Source: an uncultured Gammaproteobacteria bacterium (GTDB lineage Bacteria; Patescibacteriota; Patescibacteriia; Veblenbacterales; UBA10138). From it: a stretch of DNA of 64,000 nt. The position numbers and the translations under genes were made by a program. The notes under the pieces are model-generated. The model worked only from the letters and a program-made list of their open reading frames with translations, ran no database searches and was not told the DNA's origin. Every line of letters starts with the position of its first letter. Position 1 is the first letter of the stretch. The stretch covers positions 16,945-80,944 of the forward strand of contig CAZMHN010000001.1 in NCBI GenBank assembly GCA_964566145.1, written 5' to 3'. Positions 22,165 through 30,401 of this stretch are shown piece by piece.

Positions 22165-23281
22165 AGGTGGGGTTGGGGCGGCGGAACAGCTTCTGGACCA
22201 GCGCGCCGAGCGCGAACAGCGTTCCCACAAAACCGATGAGTCCCCCTATCATGGGTACGAACGTGATGACTTTGAACACGGCCACACCCATGACCACGGA
22301 TACGAACGGCGACAGTTTAGCGAATGCGCTTTGCGCCAACGACGGATGACGCGCAAGCTCAGCCACAGCCGCCCCGGCTATGACCGGGCTCAAAACGAAA
22401 CCAGCTACATACATAAGTCCCAGGAGAACGGCCAGAGGCAATCCGATGAGCGTTACGGCAAATATGATGGCTGCTATGGGCGCGGCCACGAGCCACAGGG
22501 CTCCCAGCCCCAAACTGGGAAGGGGCTGTTTCACCATCAGACCAACGGCACCCTGCAACCACTGCGGTACGAGTTTTACCATAACCATGGCCAGCACCAG
22601 GGCGCCGAACAGCGACACAAGGTGCCCGAACCAGTTGCCGGAGCTGCGCTTCGGAACCGGCAACGGATAACGCTGTGGTTGCTGGGAAAGCGTTGCCCGG
22701 GGGCTCACTAGGGCTTCCTGGTCTGAGTAGTACGTCAGGCCGTCACCAAAAGATGCGTTCTCGCGAATATCGAACACGCCTTGCCGGTCAAGCCACAGCG
22801 TAGCCGGCCCTTCGACCACCCCCGCCGCAGTGACCTGGCCTGCCGCGGCCAACAAGCTTCCGCCTATATGACCCCTTGCCTCGACAGTTCCTGCGGCTAC
22901 GGTCACGTGACCCTTGACGTCGGAACCGGCGGCGAACGTTAGCTCGCCTGCGGCTACGGTCACGTTGCGTTCCACGGTACCGGCCAGCTCCACTCTGCCG
23001 CCAAACACCCGTACGTTGCCCTGCACCTGACCAGTGATACGGACATTGCCCCCGACCGCTATCACATCCCCGCCGACGCTACCGGACACGATAACGTTGC
23101 CGCCTGCCGCGACAAGGTCGCTGGCTACGCTACCGGCCACTTCCACGCTCTCGCCTGCGGCGTAGTAGTTTCCCGACTTATGTTCGTCTGAAGGTATGTA
23201 CACTCGCTCCTGTCCCGCCTGTACCGGCAGTGACCAAGCTAAGGCGGCCAGGGTAGCTAACATGAGCAGGACTCGCTTCAT
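22148..23281 (-). CDS. Exported bactofilin-like beta-helix protein with C-terminal TM helices
   Basis: Signal peptide, tandem (V/I)xGxVxGD/N-V-x-AAGG repeats, then 4-5 TM segments. Confidence 0.75.
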   Translation of the reverse strand: MKRVLLMLATLAALAWSLPVQAGQERVYIPSDEHKSGNYYAAGESVEVAGSVASDLVAAGGNVIVSGSVGGDVIAVGGNVRITGQVQGNVRVFGGRVELAGTVERNVTVAAGELTFAAGSDVKGHVTVAAGTVEARGHIGGSLLAAAGQVTAAGVVEGPATLWLDRQGVFDIRENASFGDGLTYYSDQEALVSPRATLSQQPQRYPLPVPKRSSGNWFGHLVSLFGALVLAMVMVKLVPQWLQGAVGLMVKQPLPSLGLGALWLVAAPIAAIIFAVTLIGLPLAVLLGLMYVAGFVLSPVIAGAAVAELARHPSLAQSAFAKLSPFVSVVMGVAVFKVITFVPMIGGLIGFVGTLFALGALVQKLFRRPNPTYGAQL

Positions 23282-23399
23282 AGGCCCGAGGGGAAAATAC
23301 TTATGTTATCACGCTCATAAGTGTACGATGCTTAGGGGCCACGCACAAGCACGCGACGGGTGGACATGGAGACCGGTTTGCGGCTACCATAGTGGCGCT

Positions 23400-24692
23400 A
23401 TGTACGAAGCCCTAACCGCCACAGACCCCGAAATAGCCCAGGCCGTACGGCGCGAACTTGAACGCCAGCGCCACGGACTTGAACTCATCCCGTCGGAGAA
23501 TTTCACCTCTCTGGCCGTCATGGAAGCTTTGGGCAGCGTACTTACGAACAAATACTCGGAAGGTTATCCCGGCAAGCGCTACTACGGGGGAAACGAGGTG
23601 ATAGACCAGGTGGAGGAACTGGCCCGGGAACGCGCCAAGGCTCTTTTCGGGGTGGAGCACGCCAACGTACAGCCGTATTCAGGGAGCCCGGCCAACCAGG
23701 CGGCGCTGTTCTCGCTGTTGGAACCAAACGACACGGTGTTGGGCATGGGATTGGCGACGGGCGGACACCTGACACACGGCTACAAACTCAACTTCTCCGG
23801 CCGCTACTACCGGGCCGTAAGCTATGGCGTTGACGAACACTCGCACCTGCTGGACTACGACGCCATCCTGGACGTCGCCCTACGGGAAAAGCCAAAAGCC
23901 ATCATCTGCGGCGCCACGGCTTATCCAAGGGCCATAGATTTCTCAGCCTTCCGCAAGATAGCGGATGAAGTAAGGGCCTACCTCATAGCCGATGTCTCCC
24001 ACATTGCCGGGCTTATCGTAGCGGGCGTACACCAATCCCCGGTGCCTTACGCCGATATTGTGACCACCACCACCCACAAAACGTTACGCGGCCCCAGGGG
24101 CGCCATGATACTGGTGCCCAAGGTGCAAGACCGATGGCATGACTTGTACCACCAAGACAGCAGACGCAATCTGGCGGAACGCGTGGATGCCGCCATCATC
24201 CCGGGACTCCAAGGCGGTCCGCACAACCACCAGACCGCGGCCATCGCCGTAGCGCTCAAAGAGGCCGCCACCGAGGAATTCAGGCTCTACGGCCGGCAGG
24301 TGGCGAAAAACGCCAAAGCCTTGGCTCAAACGCTCACGGAGCACGGGGCCAAGCTCATAAGCGGCGGCACGGACAACCATCTCATGCTCATGGACGTATC
24401 TCCGTTCGGCCTGAGCGGAAAAACGGCGGAACAGCTGTTGGATTCCGTGCGCGTGACCGTGAACAAGAACCTGATCCCGTTCGACTCGCGGCCGCCCTTG
24501 GACCCGTCGGGCATACGCCTGGGCACGCCGGCGGTAACGAGCCGGGGGTTCACCGAAGCCGACTGCAGTGAAGTCGGAGAACTTATCGCCGATGCCCTGG
24601 CCCACCCTGCAGACGCACGCGTACTGGCCGAAGCGGTGTCCTGGGTACAGCGGCTCACACAAGCCCATCCGCTCTACCCCGAGCTCAACTGA
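23400..24692 (+). CDS. glyA: Serine hydroxymethyltransferase
   Basis: LIPSENF, NKYSEGYPGKRYYGG, TTTTHKTLRGPRG, SGIRLGTPA; start placed at ATG 23400. Confidence 0.98.
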   Translation: MYEALTATDPEIAQAVRRELERQRHGLELIPSENFTSLAVMEALGSVLTNKYSEGYPGKRYYGGNEVIDQVEELARERAKALFGVEHANVQPYSGSPANQAALFSLLEPNDTVLGMGLATGGHLTHGYKLNFSGRYYRAVSYGVDEHSHLLDYDAILDVALREKPKAIICGATAYPRAIDFSAFRKIADEVRAYLIADVSHIAGLIVAGVHQSPVPYADIVTTTTHKTLRGPRGAMILVPKVQDRWHDLYHQDSRRNLAERVDAAIIPGLQGGPHNHQTAAIAVALKEAATEEFRLYGRQVAKNAKALAQTLTEHGAKLISGGTDNHLMLMDVSPFGLSGKTAEQLLDSVRVTVNKNLIPFDSRPPLDPSGIRLGTPAVTSRGFTEADCSEVGELIADALAHPADARVLAEAVSWVQRLTQAHPLYPELN

Positions 24693-24695
24693 CCC

Positions 24696-25532
24696 ATGGC
24701 TATTCTACTCTCTGGACGCGAACTGGCGCGTGAGGTAAGAAGCGAACTGGCCCAGCTCATCCGCGGACTGCCGAAGCGTCCTGTCTTGGGCGTAGTGCTG
24801 GTCGGGTCCGATCCGGCCTCACACCTATACGTAAAACTTAAGACCGAAGCGGCCGACGAGGTCGGCATTGTCGTTGAACTGCGGGAATTGCCCGATTCTG
24901 CCACCACCCATGACATCATGCGACGCGTGGAAGAGTTCAATCGGCGCGAAGACGTGAACGGCATTCTGATACAACTGCCTCTCCCTCCCCAAGCCGACGC
25001 CGCGCAAATCATAGCGGCCATGGACCCGGGAAAGGACGCCGACGGATTCCACCCCGCAAATCTCGCCGCGCTGGGACGCAACGAACGTGGAATCGTACCA
25101 GGCGTCAGCCAGGGCATCATGCGGCTCATCCGCGAAGCCGGCGTACCGCTAAAGGGCAAGCACGCCCTTCTGATGGTAAACAGCCAAGAATTCGCACTGC
25201 CGCTCGAACAGCTCCTCGCTGATGAAGGCGTTGTCTGTGAACGCTCTCACGATGCGGCAGAGAAGAAGCTCCGACACGCCGACATTGTAGTCAGCGCCCT
25301 GGGAAAGCCTCACAGCGTACCCGGGAACATGCTCAAAGACGGCGCCATAGCCATAGATGTGGGAACCACCAAGGTCGGCTCTCATGTCCTGGGTGACATT
25401 GATCCGACAGGCCTCACAGACCGGCCGGTGTACCTCACGCCAGTTCCCGGCGGCGTCGGTCCCATGACTGTAGCTATGCTGCTCATGAATGTATATCGCC
25501 TTGCTGCCAGAGGCGCGCAAACGGTATACTAG
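24696..25532 (+). CDS. folD: Methylene-THF dehydrogenase/cyclohydrolase
   Basis: GILIQLPLP, KDADGFHP, IDVG, TPVPGGVGPMTVAML. Confidence 0.93.
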   Translation: MAILLSGRELAREVRSELAQLIRGLPKRPVLGVVLVGSDPASHLYVKLKTEAADEVGIVVELRELPDSATTHDIMRRVEEFNRREDVNGILIQLPLPPQADAAQIIAAMDPGKDADGFHPANLAALGRNERGIVPGVSQGIMRLIREAGVPLKGKHALLMVNSQEFALPLEQLLADEGVVCERSHDAAEKKLRHADIVVSALGKPHSVPGNMLKDGAIAIDVGTTKVGSHVLGDIDPTGLTDRPVYLTPVPGGVGPMTVAMLLMNVYRLAARGAQTVY

Positions 25533-25538
25533 TGCCAT

Positions 25539-26048
25539 ATGCCGGTGAACCTCAACCTGGAACCTGACGCGAACCTGGGCAAACAGGTCATGCGCTGGAA
25601 CTTCCGGGAGTTCAAACACATAATCCGCACTCGGAGTTGGTGGGCGGCCGCCATAGTGGTGGCCGGCGGACTGGTCATCTACGGCGCGATGAGCGGCAAC
25701 TTCCTATTCTCCCTCATCATCCTGCTTGTGGCGGCACTGTTCGTTATGGAAATGCAACGCCATCCCAGGACCATTGAGTGCCGCATCACCAATCTGGGCA
25801 TTGCCGTGGGTAAGAAGTTCTGGCGCTGGAGCGAGCTTATGAACTTCTGGATAGCCTACCACCCGCCCGAGGTCACGAATCTCTACCTCCTGCCCAAAGG
25901 ACCGCTGGACCCTCGCGTTACGGTACCGCTCGAGCACATGAACCCGCTGTCAGTAAGGGGCGCTCTCAAGCAACATCTGGAAGAGGACCTGACGCGGGAG
26001 GACGAACCGACTTCCGAGGCTCTCACCCGCCTTCTGCGGCTCCAGTAG
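25539..26048 (+). CDS. Hypothetical 2-TM protein with a probable PH-like C-terminal domain
   Basis: 169 aa; TM hairpin followed by a soluble region; TATACT 8 nt upstream of ATG. Fold is inferred. Confidence 0.7.
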   Translation: MPVNLNLEPDANLGKQVMRWNFREFKHIIRTRSWWAAAIVVAGGLVIYGAMSGNFLFSLIILLVAALFVMEMQRHPRTIECRITNLGIAVGKKFWRWSELMNFWIAYHPPEVTNLYLLPKGPLDPRVTVPLEHMNPLSVRGALKQHLEEDLTREDEPTSEALTRLLRLQ

Positions 26049-26134
26049 GGCTTGCCTTCGACAGCGCCCTGCTCTATAGTAAGGTGGCTCTGGTACGGTA
26101 CCGGGGCTATTTTTGAGAATTGAATACCGTTCAC

Positions 26135-26209
26135 GCCCTCGTAGTTCAATGGATAGAATGCGAGCTTGCGGAGCTTGTGATGCAGGTTCGATTCCTGCCG
26201 AGGGCACCA
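26135..26209 (+). tRNA. tRNA-Arg(GCG)
   Basis: Acceptor stem GCCCTCG/CGAGGGC, ACCA end, anticodon arm CGAGC-TTGCGGA-GCTTG, GGTTCGATTCC T-arm. Confidence 0.96.
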
Positions 26210-26277
26210 GGAATTTTGCTCCATCCCGCTTGTTAGGCGGGGTGGATTTTTAGCTGCAACAGCGCAATAATAGGGCC

Positions 26278-28329
26278 ATGCTCCAGCTCGAAGACGCTGT
26301 AACCGCGCTACCCGGGGTCGGTACGGCAATCCAGAAACGACTGCAACGCTTGGGCGTAAATTGCATCCGCGACCTCTTGTACCACTTTCCATCCCGGTAC
26401 GAGGATTTTTCCCGCCTCCTGCCGATACGCGAACTCAAGACCGGCGAACGCGTCACCATACACGGCAAGGTACAGCTAGTGAACAGCCGCCGCGCATTCA
26501 GGCGACGCCTCAACATTACCGAGGCGCTCATATCCGACGGTTCAGGCAGCGTGAAGGCCGTCTGGTTCAATCAGCCGTACCTGGCAAAACAGCTCGCACC
26601 CGGAACCGAGGTGCTGCTGGCGGGACAACTCGCTCACTCCAAATACGGGTTGCAACTTGAGCACCCGACGCTTGAGCTGGCGGAACGTGGAGGAATACAC
26701 ACAGGCCGGCTGGTACCTATTTACCCTACCGTAGCGGATTTGCCGCAACGTACTTTGCGTACGGTTATTGCCAGGATATTGCCCTTGGCCCAAAACCTTG
26801 CCGACTGGCTGCCGAAAGAAGTGCTCAGAGGGGCTTACCTGACCGGATTGGCGGAATCCGTGCGCCAACTCCACGCCCCGGAAACAGGCTCGGCTTTGGC
26901 CGGGGCCAGGCGACGGGTCGCTTTCGAGGAATTGTTCCTCATACACCTGGCATCTCGCCTGGCCCGACTGCCGCTGACACAGCGCACAGCGGCGGCCATA
27001 CCTTTCGACGAACGCACAAAAGAACTGGTTGCTTCCCTGCCGTGGCAGCTGACCCAGGGACAGCGGCTGTCCGCCTGGCAAATCATACAGGACATGGGCA
27101 AAGCCGTGCCCATGCTGCGGCTACTGGAGGGCGACGTCGGCAGCGGCAAAACTGTGGTAGCGGGCCTGGCCTGCTTCAATGCCTGCCTGGCGGGCTACCA
27201 AGCGGCCATCATGGCGCCGACCGAGATATTGGCCCAGCAACACTACGCCACGCTCACCAAGCTTTTCCGCAACTGGCCCATTAGATTGGGGCTGGTAACG
27301 CGGGGTAAATATTCCGCATCGGACGCGGACGAAGCATCCCCTGCCGTCGTAAAGCGCAGGGTAGCGAACGGCGACATAGGCCTCACCATAGGCACGCATG
27401 CGCTCCTGGAATCTTCAATCTCATTCGGGCGACTGGGCTTGATCGTGGTAGACGAACAGCACAGGTTCGGGGTGGAGCAAAGGAAACTGCTGACGGAACA
27501 GAGCGGCCTCACTCCCCACCTGCTGTCGCTATCGGCCACGCCCATACCGCGCTCGCTGGCCCTCACCATATTCGGAGACCTTGAGTTATCCGTGCTCAAA
27601 GACCTGCCCGCTGGACGGCGAACAATTGACACGCGCATCGTCCCGCCGGATAAACGGAACGAGGCATATGAACTCATCCGGCGCGAAGTGTCAGCTGGCA
27701 ACCGTGCTTTCATTGTGTGCCCGCTTATCGACGAATCGGACGCGCTGGGAGTGCGAGCGGCCACGGAAGAACATGAGCGCTTGTCACGCGAGGTGTTCCC
27801 CGATCTAAAACTTGGGCTGTTACACGGCAAGCTTACCTCCAAAGATAAAGCTGAGGCGCTGGAAAAGTTCAGGCGCGGTGAAACGCCAGTACTCGTATGC
27901 ACTTCCGTAATCGAGGTGGGGGTGGATGTACCCGAAGCCGCCGTTATGGCCATCGAGGGCGCCGACAGATTCGGAGTTGCCCAGCTCCATCAGTTCCGGG
28001 GCCGAGTTGGGCGGTCGGAACGGCAAAGCTATTGCCTGCTCGTTTCTGATTCGACCTCGCCGCGGGCGCTGGAACGCTTGAAGGCCCTGACCAAATTCTC
28101 GAACGGGTTCGAACTGGCCGAGTTCGACCTTTCACAGCGCGGGCCGGGCGACCTGCTCGGGGCCGCACAATCCGGCTTCTTCAAACTCAGGTTCGCCAAC
28201 CTGGCGGACGCCAAACTGCTCAACGAGGTCCGCCGGGCCGCCGACGCACTGCTGGAACAAGACCAGTCGCTCGCGCACTGGCCTGCGGTAAAACGCAAGC
28301 TTCAAGGAATCCTGGCTCACGGCGAATAA
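26278..28329 (+). CDS. recG: ATP-dependent DNA helicase RecG
   Basis: LEGDVGSGKT, VDEQHRFG, SATPIPRSL, QLHQFRGRVGR, RGPGD. Confidence 0.98.
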   Translation: MLQLEDAVTALPGVGTAIQKRLQRLGVNCIRDLLYHFPSRYEDFSRLLPIRELKTGERVTIHGKVQLVNSRRAFRRRLNITEALISDGSGSVKAVWFNQPYLAKQLAPGTEVLLAGQLAHSKYGLQLEHPTLELAERGGIHTGRLVPIYPTVADLPQRTLRTVIARILPLAQNLADWLPKEVLRGAYLTGLAESVRQLHAPETGSALAGARRRVAFEELFLIHLASRLARLPLTQRTAAAIPFDERTKELVASLPWQLTQGQRLSAWQIIQDMGKAVPMLRLLEGDVGSGKTVVAGLACFNACLAGYQAAIMAPTEILAQQHYATLTKLFRNWPIRLGLVTRGKYSASDADEASPAVVKRRVANGDIGLTIGTHALLESSISFGRLGLIVVDEQHRFGVEQRKLLTEQSGLTPHLLSLSATPIPRSLALTIFGDLELSVLKDLPAGRRTIDTRIVPPDKRNEAYELIRREVSAGNRAFIVCPLIDESDALGVRAATEEHERLSREVFPDLKLGLLHGKLTSKDKAEALEKFRRGETPVLVCTSVIEVGVDVPEAAVMAIEGADRFGVAQLHQFRGRVGRSERQSYCLLVSDSTSPRALERLKALTKFSNGFELAEFDLSQRGPGDLLGAAQSGFFKLRFANLADAKLLNEVRRAADALLEQDQSLAHWPAVKRKLQGILAHGE

Positions 28330-28331
28330 AC

Positions 28332-28359
28332 TTGACGGTTCGCCGCAAACAGGTACACT
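28332..28359 (+). promoter_or_regulatory. Putative sigma70 promoter
   Basis: TTGACG-N16-TACACT right after the recG stop. Confidence 0.55.
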
Positions 28360-28401
28360 GGCCTGTATTGAACGATTCGTTCTTTGACATTGATAAAGCT
28401 C

Positions 28402-28511
28402 GGCCGGGCTGCATAACCAACCCGGCACAACCGGGGTTTCAGGGCCCTTGTGCCCTACACTCGCTTCCCCGGAACATTATGATTCGGGTAACTAGGAGTG
28501 CAGCTCCGGCC
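28402..28511 (+). ncRNA. Candidate structured RNA (unbranched rod with internal loops)
   Basis: Four nested helices in a stretch with no convincing ORF: GGCCGGGCTGCA/TGCAGCTCCGGCC, CCCGG/TCGGG, CCGGGG/CCCCGG, AGGGC/GCCCT. Confidence 0.45.
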
Positions 28512-28693
28512 TTATAATTTATTTTACCCCGGCATGATTCCAATCGGCCGGCCATACAACCAATCACTATCCATCACGCGGAGGAATCCATGCTCTTCGA
28601 CAGCAGCTAGCCGCATGACCTCACTGCCACCCTGTGTACGGCATTAATCCACGATCCAAACAAACCTACCCATGTAAAAAGCGAGAGCGATAT

Positions 28694-28963
28694 ATGAAGC
28701 AAAACACAAATGGCAACGGCGGCGGTTCAAGCTGGCGAGATATAGGTTGGTGGAAAAATCGAAAAAACCAACGTATACACCGCATCGTGGTGAATATGAG
28801 CAACTTGTGCGTCCAGGAGCCTGTTGGATGCGACAACAACATCTTCGCCATGGTGCGAGAACTTGCAGCGCGGGAACTTCCCCATAAGGTGGACCAACAG
28901 GTTTTGCAGGACTTGGGATTCAAACCTGTGTCGCCAACGCCGGAAACTGTTCTTTCCAAGTAA
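28694..28963 (+). CDS. Small hypothetical protein (89 aa)
   Basis: ATG 28694 (MKQNTNGNGGG...), followed by a terminator. Confidence 0.55.
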   Translation: MKQNTNGNGGGSSWRDIGWWKNRKNQRIHRIVVNMSNLCVQEPVGCDNNIFAMVRELAARELPHKVDQQVLQDLGFKPVSPTPETVLSK

Positions 28964-28984
28964 CCTTCACACCATTGTACCCCG

Positions 28985-29020
28985 GGGGCTAGTTCGCAAG
29001 AGCTGGCCCCTTTTCTTTTT
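28985..29020 (+). terminator. Intrinsic terminator
   Basis: GGGGCTAGTTC-gcaa-GAGCTGGCCCC followed by TTTTCTTTTT. Confidence 0.85.
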
Positions 29021-29033
29021 GTCCGGACGTCCG

Positions 29034-30380
29034 CTAGTGCCTCACCCAGTCCACAGCCTCGGCCACAGTACGGACCGCTACCACTTGCATGTCTTTGGGT
29101 GGATGGATGTCGCCGGGCAACGTCGGCACCAACGCCTGCTTGAAACCAAGCCGCCCTGCCTCCATGAGGCGCTTGCCCATGCCCGTAACCGGACGCACTT
29201 CGCCGCCCAAGCCAACCTCGCCGAACACCATGAGATCCTGAGGCAAGGTCTTCTTTAGGGCGGCCGAGGCCACGGCCGCGCACACGGCCAGATCCAAAGC
29301 CGGCTCGCGGCTACGAAAGCCTCCGGCCAGGTTTATGTATACGTCGCTGAAGTTGAGCCTGACGCCGGCCCGCTCCCCCAGGACCGCCAGCAGAACCTGC
29401 AGACGGTTCGCGTCGAACCCAGTGGTGGCGCGCGTCGGCCTGGACTGATGCGCCCTAGTGACCAGGGCCTGAAGCTCTATGGCCAGGCTCCGCGAACCTT
29501 CCAGCACGCAAGTCACGCACGAACCTGCGCCGTGATGGCGTTCGCGCAGGAACAGCTCAGACGGATTTGCCACCTCCGCAAGTCCCCTGTCATCAATCTT
29601 GAACACCCCCACCTCATCGGTCGATCCGAAACGGTTCTTGGAAGCGCGTAAAAATCTCAGAGATTGATGCGGGTCGCCGTCCAGGGCCAACACCACGTCC
29701 ACCAGATGCTCCACAGTCTTGGGGCCGGCGGCTATGCCTTCCTTGGTCACATGCCCGACAATGGCAACGGGAACTCCGGTAGCCTTGGCTGTCTGCGCCA
29801 GCTCAGCGGCCACGGCCCGCACCTGGTTGGGCGAGCCCAGCGAGCCGTCCGTGCCTGGGTGCTGAAAAGTCTGCAAGCTGTCCACCACGGTAAGCTGAGG
29901 CAGGCGCTGTCTTATGGACGCCGTAAGCGCTAACACGTCGGTACTGGAAACGAACGCCAAAGACTCCCCTTTCAAACCAAGCCTGTGAAAACGTCCGGCT
30001 ACCTGTTCGGCGGATTCCTCACCCGAGGCATAGAGCGCCGACGCGGCTCTTCCGGCTATAGCCAGAAACAAAGTGGACTTGCCTACGCCAGGTTCGCCGG
30101 ACACCAACAATACGCTCCCCTTGGCCAGGCCGCCGCCCAGCACGCGGTCGGCCTCGGCAAAACCGGTTGCCGTCTTAGGCGCCTGCACCGCTCCCGCTTG
30201 CGACAAAGACACGGCCTCGGCCGGAACGCTCGACGGACCGACGGGCTTCCTGGCCGCTTGAATCGCGGCGCCTTCAGTCCCTATGGTGCCGAACTTGCCG
30301 CATTGCGAACACCGGCCAGTCCACTTCGGATACTGGGCGTCACAGTTTGAGCACGCATACACAATGGATACCTTGGCCAT
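29034..30380 (-). CDS. radA: DNA repair protein RadA/Sms
   Basis: C4 zinc finger, GEPGVGKST, KNRFG motif, Lon-like C-terminus (GEVGLGGEVRPV). Confidence 0.98.
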   Translation of the reverse strand: MAKVSIVYACSNCDAQYPKWTGRCSQCGKFGTIGTEGAAIQAARKPVGPSSVPAEAVSLSQAGAVQAPKTATGFAEADRVLGGGLAKGSVLLVSGEPGVGKSTLFLAIAGRAASALYASGEESAEQVAGRFHRLGLKGESLAFVSSTDVLALTASIRQRLPQLTVVDSLQTFQHPGTDGSLGSPNQVRAVAAELAQTAKATGVPVAIVGHVTKEGIAAGPKTVEHLVDVVLALDGDPHQSLRFLRASKNRFGSTDEVGVFKIDDRGLAEVANPSELFLRERHHGAGSCVTCVLEGSRSLAIELQALVTRAHQSRPTRATTGFDANRLQVLLAVLGERAGVRLNFSDVYINLAGGFRSREPALDLAVCAAVASAALKKTLPQDLMVFGEVGLGGEVRPVTGMGKRLMEAGRLGFKQALVPTLPGDIHPPKDMQVVAVRTVAEAVDWVRH

Positions 30381-30401
30381 AACCACCGCGCCGGAAACAA
30401 A

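Noticed and set aside
23282-23399. ZTP or THF riboswitch upstream of glyA-folD
   Set aside because: The intergenic space is short and divergent, the promoter appears to abut the start codon, and no aptamer motif was recognised.
15893-26209. tRNA genes as integration sites
   Set aside because: No duplicated tRNA 3' ends or integrase were seen; both tRNAs are followed by housekeeping genes.
28402-28511. SRP RNA, tmRNA or RNase P RNA identity for the candidate ncRNA
   Set aside because: It lacks the SRP domain IV motif, the tmRNA tRNA-like ends and the RNase P P4 consensus, and is too short for the last two.
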